From Promethearchaeota archaeon (GTDB lineage Archaea > Asgardarchaeota > Lokiarchaeia > Sigyniarchaeales > SOKP01), in NCBI GenBank assembly GCA_016840165.1, contig JAEOSU010000070.1, forward strand, positions 1 to 64,000: DNA of 64,000 nucleotides. The letters run 5' to 3'. The position numbers and the translations under genes are program-made. Shown piece by piece: positions 58,869 through 64,000 of this stretch. The notes beneath the pieces are model-generated. The model made no database searches. It was not told the origin of the DNA and saw only the letters and a list, made by a program, of their open reading frames with translations. The stretch's first letter is position 1; the number at the start of each line of letters is the position of its first letter.

Positions 58869-61505
58869 TCATTCATTGAATGATAATCGAACAATAAAGG
58901 TAGATCCTTTGTTCTTTCCTTCAGATTTGACTTCAATTGTGCCGCCATGCAATTCAATAATTTCTTTTGCAAGATGAAGTCCTAATCCTGTACTTCCTAA
59001 TTGATTATCCAATTCCTTATCTAATGGGGTTTGTATTTTACTAAATTTTTTAAATAATCTTCCTATTTCATTTGTGGTTAAACCAATTCCTGTATCTTTG
59101 ACTTGAATTTCAGCATAATCATCATTTTCCTTCAAAGTTATATGAATAGTCCCTTTTTTCGGAGTGTATTTTATCGCATTGGTTAAAAGGTTCATAATGA
59201 CTAATTCTATTCGAGATTCGTCTAAGTTTAGAAATAAATTATCAGGCATATCTAAGATAAGGTTATACTCACCCCTTTTAAAAAAGTAGGTTAATTCCTT
59301 CACACATTCTGAAATTAATTGACTCAAATTAGCATTACGCTTATCGAGGGTAAATTTTTTAGATTCTATACGTGATACGTCTAAAAGTTCATCTACCAGT
59401 TTTTTTAGCCGCTTAGTGCTATTAATAGCCATATCAAAAATTTCTTGAGCTTCTTGACTTAATTCATGTCGGTATAAACTATCAAGCAACTGATATGCAC
59501 CATAGATCGTGGTAATTGGAGTCTTTAATTCATGTGAAGCTTTATCAATAAAATCTTTTCTCATCTCATCTAATTCTTTTAAACCTTGCTCTGCTTTTTT
59601 CTTTTCAGATATATTATGCATCATTATGATGATAAAGGGTTTATTGTCAATTTTAACAAAGGAGGATTCAATATTGACCCATATTTTTATTCCATCTTTT
59701 CTAATCAATTTGATATCAAGGGGAGGTATCGAAATACCCTTAGAAATTTTCTCAAGCCTCTCTAGTAACATAGGGATATATTCAGGGGATACAACGGGTA
59801 AATTTTTATATTTTTTACCAATCAACTCTTCTCTGCTATAACCAATTAAGTTTTGCAGAGAGGGATTGAAATCTACAATCCTCCCTGAGGTTTCGATTAA
59901 CAAGATGGCAAAAGGGGAATTCTGGAATAAAAATCGATATTTTTCCTCTGATTCTCTTAATCTTTCCTGAGCTTCCTTTCTGTCACTAATATCAATGAAA
60001 GAAATAAGAAATGCTGGTTTTTCTTCATATAAAATAATTTTATAGTATACATCTACCCAGATTGTATTTCCTTCCTTAGTTATTCCTCGAGCTTCATAAT
60101 GTTGGGAATAACTTTTATCATTATATTCAATGGAGGTAGCTAAGCTAATGATTTGTTTTTTATCCTCGGGATGAATGGTTTTAAAGAACTCACCTTTCTT
60201 CCAATTTAATAATTCTTCAACATCATAACCAAGTAAATTTGCTAGATTTTTATTAACATATTTAACAACTTCATCTTGGATAATACAAATACCCATTAAC
60301 GATTGATCTGCTATTGTCCTAAACTTTTCTTCTGATTCTTTTATCTTATTTTCTGCTTCCTTCATGTCAGAAATATCATGAATAACGCTTCGAATTCCAA
60401 CGATCTCTTCTCCCTTATAAATAGGCGTTGCATAAATGCTTGAATAGAAGGTACTCCCATCTTTTTTTCTTAACTTGTATGTTTGGGCTTCTAGGATCTC
60501 GCCTTTAAATAATTTTTTCAATACATTCTCAACAAGACTCCTTTCTTCGGGGATGACAAAATCATAAACCGTTAAACCTTTTTTAAAATCCTCATGGCTG
60601 TAACCGAATATTTTAGAGGCAATAGAATTTGTATATATTAAATTATAATCAGTATCAAGTTCAAAAACAACCTCCAACAATGAATCCGTTAGATCTCTAT
60701 ATCGTTCTTTTGATTCTCGTAATATTTCAGCGTGTTTTTTTCGCTCTGATATATCTCTAGTGACTAATAAGAATTTTATATTTCCCTCATCATCTTTATA
60801 CAGTTTTCCGCTAGTTTCAGTCCATATATATTCGCCGTTTTTGTTCTTAATTCTTACTTCAATCATCCGTGCATTTCCATCATAAGCTTCCTTAAATGTG
60901 GTTAATACCTTTTCTTTATCATCAGGATGAATTAAATTAAGAGAATTAATACCAATTAAATCCTTGTTTTTATAACTCATTGTTTTAAAGTGTATATCCT
61001 CGTTAATGTATTCAATCTGCATTTTAGAATTAACGACAGTTATCATTTCACTGACATTTTTGGTTAATAATCGATAATTTTCCTCAGATTTGCGCAGTTT
61101 AATTTCTAAAGACTTTCTCAGAGTTATATCTTGAGATAAAACTTGTATTAAGGTTTGATTTTCTAACTTTACTAATGAGCTTATGCTGCTAATCCATAAT
61201 CGTTTATTACTACGTGTGACAATCTGCATTTCTAATGGACCAACAGATTGCCCCTTAAGTAGATTATTGAATAAATTTTTTAATTCTGAAGGTGTTCTTT
61301 CGGGAATTAATCCTAGTTTTAAATAATGAGTACCAATAAGTTGTTTTCTATCTAATTCGCATAATTGCTCAGTTGCAGAATTAACATCAATAATCTGACC
61401 ATTAAGATCTAATAATGTAATTGAGATTGGAGATTTTTCAAAAATTAATCGAAAAATTTCACTGTGATTCTTTTGATTAAGGTGATTTTTTTCTGGAATT
61501 GACAC
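58869..61505 (-). CDS. Cytoplasmic sensor histidine kinase with five PAS domains
   Basis: Five ESEEKYR..DISE/DRK PAS-PAC units; ASHELKTP, NLLTNAIKY, DTGIG and GLGL motifs. Confidence 0.92.
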   Translation of the reverse strand: MSIPEKNHLNQKNHSEIFRLIFEKSPISITLLDLNGQIIDVNSATEQLCELDRKQLIGTHYLKLGLIPERTPSELKNLFNNLLKGQSVGPLEMQIVTRSNKRLWISSISSLVKLENQTLIQVLSQDITLRKSLEIKLRKSEENYRLLTKNVSEMITVVNSKMQIEYINEDIHFKTMSYKNKDLIGINSLNLIHPDDKEKVLTTFKEAYDGNARMIEVRIKNKNGEYIWTETSGKLYKDDEGNIKFLLVTRDISERKKHAEILRESKERYRDLTDSLLEVVFELDTDYNLIYTNSIASKIFGYSHEDFKKGLTVYDFVIPEERSLVENVLKKLFKGEILEAQTYKLRKKDGSTFYSSIYATPIYKGEEIVGIRSVIHDISDMKEAENKIKESEEKFRTIADQSLMGICIIQDEVVKYVNKNLANLLGYDVEELLNWKKGEFFKTIHPEDKKQIISLATSIEYNDKSYSQHYEARGITKEGNTIWVDVYYKIILYEEKPAFLISFIDISDRKEAQERLRESEEKYRFLFQNSPFAILLIETSGRIVDFNPSLQNLIGYSREELIGKKYKNLPVVSPEYIPMLLERLEKISKGISIPPLDIKLIRKDGIKIWVNIESSFVKIDNKPFIIIMMHNISEKKKAEQGLKELDEMRKDFIDKASHELKTPITTIYGAYQLLDSLYRHELSQEAQEIFDMAINSTKRLKKLVDELLDVSRIESKKFTLDKRNANLSQLISECVKELTYFFKRGEYNLILDMPDNLFLNLDESRIELVIMNLLTNAIKYTPKKGTIHITLKENDDYAEIQVKDTGIGLTTNEIGRLFKKFSKIQTPLDKELDNQLGSTGLGLHLAKEIIELHGGTIEVKSEGKNKGSTFIVRLSFNE

Positions 61506-61666
61506 AATTAAAGCCTTTTTTAATGGTAAGATTATTTATCATAAATTAGGTTTTTAATTTATTTAATAAATTAAAAAAAAACTTTTTTTTTAATGTTCGC
61601 ACTTTTTATGAAGTTTGTTATAATAAGCAATTTTTAAATTAAAAATAAAAATAGACATTATGGAAA

Positions 61667-63187
61667 TTAGGTTGAGTTATTTAACCTTTCTCTTCGATAT
61701 CGAGCATAATTACAGAGTATATTCAAGTTTTTGGTAGGCAAATCCCACAATTCAAATATTGGAATGTCATGGGAGATAAACTTCTGAAACCATGGATATT
61801 TATAAGGGAGGGGGCCTGCATAATATACGGGAATTGAAAATTTTTTCATTAAACGTTTGATAGGTTTAAGTACTGCTCTTTCTATCATCAGGTTAATTCC
61901 TTTCATTTTTTCATCTAAAATCATGCCCGATTGCTCCATCGTATCTAAAACTTCATCAAAATCAAAAACTCCATACACTATTATGGCATCAACTTCTCCA
62001 GATTTCATTACAAGTTTCGGTAGTTTATATAGAAGATTAACAAAATTAACATCAAAAGTGACATCAATAGGATTATTAGCACTTGCAGTTGGTGGTATTA
62101 TTTCAAATATCGTGTTTTTTAATTCCCGTGAAAACTCTGGTACACTTAGACCATATAGTTCTGCAGTTTTAGCCATCATGCTTCCACTTCCACCTGAATC
62201 TGTAACTATTCCAACTTTATTACCTTTTGGAAAGATATTATACTCTTGAGCAAAAGAGAGTGTTCTGAGGTAATGCAAAAAATCCATTATGGAATTTGTG
62301 GAGATTATACCAGAACTGTCAAACACAGCCTTTACTATTTTCTCGTTTGCTCCTAATGAACCTGTATGGCTCATAATCGATCGTGAAGCTGCCTTAGTAC
62401 CACCCGCATACATCGCAACTATTGGTTTCTTGGGAGTTATCTTTTTTGTCATATCAATAAATTCTTTACCCCGCTTAATCTCTTCAATATAAAGCCCAAT
62501 TACTTGTGTATATCCATCATCTTTAAAATATTCTAAAAAGTCAACTAGATCAATATTCCTTTCATTACCAACAGAGATAGATTTACTAATTTTAACGCCG
62601 ATTTCTTTTGCATGCCAGAAGGTTTGGGCTGCAATAGTACCCGACTGACTAATAATAGAAATATTGCCTCTCTTTGGAATCATATACGGCCAGAAAGTAT
62701 TAATGAATGCCTCCTTTTTCTCAGGATAGCGATACCATGCATTATAGATCCCCAGGCAATTTGGTCCGATAAACCTCATATTATATTTCTTTGCGATCTG
62801 GTCAAGTTTATTTGATAGTTCAATTCCTTCAGTTCCTATTTCCCTAAAACCTCCAGATGTGATTAAAAGACGTTTAATTCCCTTTTGACCACACTCTTCC
62901 ATTACTTCTATAACGGCTTTTGGTGGTAATATTAAGAATGCAAAATCAGGAATAACTGGAACATCAAATACAGATTTATACGCCTTATATCCTTGGATTA
63001 TTTCTAATCGCGGATGGATAGGATAGATCTCCTGAATTCCCTTCCCTGCACGAATATTTCTTAATTGCATCGAACCCATGGTACTCATTAGATTATTATT
63101 TGCTCCAAATATAGCAATACTCTTTGGATTTAAAAAGGAATATAAAAAATGATCTTTATTGGGCAAAATTTGTTCGGACTTTGACAT
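61667..63187 (-). CDS. Acyl-CoA synthetase (NDP-forming) alpha subunit
   Basis: PKSIAIFGA, GGFRE, GPNCLG, SQSG, SVGN, SHTGSL (phospho-His) and NPID motifs; no beta ATP-grasp domain. Confidence 0.88.
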   Translation of the reverse strand: MSKSEQILPNKDHFLYSFLNPKSIAIFGANNNLMSTMGSMQLRNIRAGKGIQEIYPIHPRLEIIQGYKAYKSVFDVPVIPDFAFLILPPKAVIEVMEECGQKGIKRLLITSGGFREIGTEGIELSNKLDQIAKKYNMRFIGPNCLGIYNAWYRYPEKKEAFINTFWPYMIPKRGNISIISQSGTIAAQTFWHAKEIGVKISKSISVGNERNIDLVDFLEYFKDDGYTQVIGLYIEEIKRGKEFIDMTKKITPKKPIVAMYAGGTKAASRSIMSHTGSLGANEKIVKAVFDSSGIISTNSIMDFLHYLRTLSFAQEYNIFPKGNKVGIVTDSGGSGSMMAKTAELYGLSVPEFSRELKNTIFEIIPPTASANNPIDVTFDVNFVNLLYKLPKLVMKSGEVDAIIVYGVFDFDEVLDTMEQSGMILDEKMKGINLMIERAVLKPIKRLMKKFSIPVYYAGPLPYKYPWFQKFISHDIPIFELWDLPTKNLNILCNYARYRRERLNNST

Positions 63188-63331
63188 GGTTCAAGAAATT
63201 ATTTCCATATTTATTAAAATGCATACAAATGCATCAGAAATTAAGATGTAGAATTAAGTAAAGAATTTGAATGTTATTTTATTTCTGATATAAATTTAGA
63301 GAGAAAAAAGAGAGTTTTTGAGTACTTTCAC

Positions 63332-63862
63332 TCATGATTTACCCGTTGATCCGAAACCTCCTAATCCTCGATCGGATGTGGGTAAATTTTCTGTTGAGAC
63401 AAATTCATAATCAAATAGTTTTCCCAGAATTAATTGGCAAATACGGTCTCCTTTTTTGAGTGAGACCTCTTTATTTGATAAATTAACCACAATAGCCATC
63501 CACTCATTTCTATAACCAGAATCAATAGTTCCCGGGCTATTTACAATCGAAATACCTTCCCATAGTGCTAATCCACTTCGAGGTACTACTTTAAAGTAAT
63601 AGCCCTCTGGAATGGCAGTTGAAAAACCAAGTAAACATCCAACTCTCTCAAGTGGTTTTAGAACATATATTTCACTAGTAATCTCGATTAATTCTTTTTT
63701 ATCTCCTTCAGAGATTATTTCTTTAAAACCCATAATTCGGGCATCTACACCTGCATCTCCTGGTTTTGAAAATTTAGGGGTTTTTACTTCATTATTCAAT
63801 TTTTTGAAGGGAATTTTTAATTTTTCATTTTTTTCCTGGTTAATCTTATTTTTCTCATTCAT
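63332..63862 (-). CDS. dut: dUTP diphosphatase (trimeric dUTPase)
   Basis: GDAGVD, PRSGLA, NSPGTIDSGYR, GDRICQL and RGLGGFGSTG motifs. Confidence 0.95.
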   Translation of the reverse strand: MNEKNKINQEKNEKLKIPFKKLNNEVKTPKFSKPGDAGVDARIMGFKEIISEGDKKELIEITSEIYVLKPLERVGCLLGFSTAIPEGYYFKVVPRSGLALWEGISIVNSPGTIDSGYRNEWMAIVVNLSNKEVSLKKGDRICQLILGKLFDYEFVSTENLPTSDRGLGGFGSTGKS

Positions 63863-64000
63863 TTAACTTCGATTTCATTTATTTATCAAATCTAATTAAG
63901 ACTTTTTATTAAAGCTTAATTAATATATTAAAGAAAAAATATTATAAAATATATCAAAGTCTAATGAAGAATCATGATAGTGATTGATAGATATGATCCA

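Noticed and set aside
9090-63866. Numerous short ORF-track entries nested in or antisense to long genes (e.g. 9090, 9990, 14407, 31434, 35370, 42825, 47087, 55941, 59509, 61857, 63612)
   Set aside because: They overlap well-supported genes and show no motifs or RBS; they are shadow ORFs.
1-64000. tRNA, rRNA, CRISPR, IS elements, integrases
   Set aside because: No GC-rich structured island, cloverleaf, repeat-spacer array or transposase motif was seen by eye; tRNAscan-SE or Infernal would be needed to exclude small RNAs.

Overview
This AT-rich (~30% GC by eye), gene-dense archaeal window is most consistent with an Asgard archaeon of the Lokiarchaeia/Promethearchaeota type. That call is inferred from roadblock, uDENN/longin-like and Rpn11/CSN5-like JAMM proteins, SIR2-TPR giants, multi-PAS kinases and GGTGA/GGAGG ribosome-binding sites. 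It holds about 55 protein genes. I saw no rRNA, tRNA, CRISPR array or transposase. Housekeeping content includes hisJ-type PHP, GGR, gatC, dUTPase, mobA, copA, and both minimal Fe-S systems (IscS/IscU-type MIS and SufC/SufB-type SMS). The most notable items are: (1) a cluster of three MPN/JAMM proteins, two forming a tandem coiled-coil-tailed pair in which one lacks the catalytic Glu, resembling eukaryotic MPN+/MPN- heterodimers; (2) an unannotated 57-aa Cys-rich protein paralogous to the unusual C-terminal domain of the adjacent CopA; (3) a 61-aa hyper-acidic EDWDE-repeat peptide divergent from a methyltransferase/ATP-grasp fusion; (4) a divergent aCPSF1-like nuclease with duplicated degenerate KH domains; (5) a SIR2-like domain on about 25 TPRs; (6) several genes whose conserved N-termini suggest ATC/ATT/ATA starts. 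All calls come from motif reading only; no searches were run.
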